A stretch of DNA of 64,000 nucleotides from NCBI RefSeq assembly GCF_003334355.1, contig NZ_QOWP01000020.1, one strand, 5' to 3'. Below are positions 63,870-64,000 of this stretch, in pieces. Position 1 is the stretch's first letter. Each line of letters starts with the position of its first letter. The notes below the pieces were generated by a model. That model ran no database searches. It was not told where the DNA came from and was given only the letters and a program-made list of their open reading frames with translations. This DNA is from Escherichia coli (GTDB lineage Bacteria; Pseudomonadota; Gammaproteobacteria; Enterobacterales; Enterobacteriaceae). A program made the position numbers and the translations under genes.

Positions 63870-64000
63870 TCAGAGTCGCTGTTTTTCAGCGATATGGTGC
63901 TGACAAGCGGTGATAAAGCCCTCGAACAATATACGCGAAAGCGCGTACTCGCTACTGTTCCATTCCGGGTGCCACTGTACGCCCAGCGCAAAAGGATGAT
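63870..64000 (-). CDS. puuD: Gamma-glutamyl-GABA hydrolase PuuD, 3' end only (continues beyond the window)
   Basis: The minus strand ends ..FITACQHHIAEKQRL-TGA with the stop at 63870-63872. It is absent from the ORF track because the window truncates it. Confidence 0.8.
   Translation of the reverse strand, partial: HPFALGVQWHPEWNSSEYALSRILFEGFITACQHHIAEKQRL

Overview
The window is an Escherichia coli chromosome segment with K-12-like core genes (about the 29-31 min region), shown reverse-complemented relative to the MG1655 gene order as I remember it. It has three parts.

1. **nt 1-4400, accessory cargo.** This holds the 3' part of a LysR-family regulator gene, a DUF2254-type membrane protein gene and a BetT-like BCCT transporter gene. 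The last two genes are bracketed by a pair of 24-nt imperfect hairpin repeats whose arms are reciprocally swapped.
2. **nt 4400-15000, a truncated Rac-type cryptic prophage.** It has no lysis, head or tail genes. It contains an orphan 140-aa ORF, a YdaU-like replication gene with phased internal iterons, and a racR/ydaS/ydaT-like switch with 14-bp palindromic operators. These are followed by ydaG, ydaF, sieB, kilR, ydaE, racC, recE, recT, ralR, ydaC, xisR and intR, joined to ttcA.
3. **nt 15000-64000, core genes.** In order: ttcA, dbpA, a small Pro-rich ORF, fnrS, zntB, dgcM, smrA, mcaS, abgR-abgABT, ogt, fnr, uspE, ynaJ, ynaI, mppA, pgrR, ycjY, ymjC', mpaA, ycjG, tpx, tyrR, ycjF, ycjX, ycjW, ompG, ycjV-ycjM, pspEDCBA, pspF, puuE, puuB, puuC, puuR and the 3' end of puuD.

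I saw no rRNA, tRNA, CRISPR array, IS element or transposase.

I did not find a convincing new multi-gene system such as a defence island. The observations most worth follow-up are:
- the hairpin-bracketed transporter cassette;
- the iteron and AT-rich origin-like structure inside the replication gene;
- the operator sets on both sides of the prophage repressor gene;
- a 37-bp direct repeat bracketing pgrR-ycjY-ymjC' between mppA and mpaA;
- three in-frame nonsense codons, all at glutamine positions, that are the only lesions in puuC (two) and ycjG (one);
- a 57-codon proline-rich ORF immediately upstream of dbpA.

Gene identities come from my recognition of the translated ORFs. No database search was possible, and all comparisons to K-12 are from memory.
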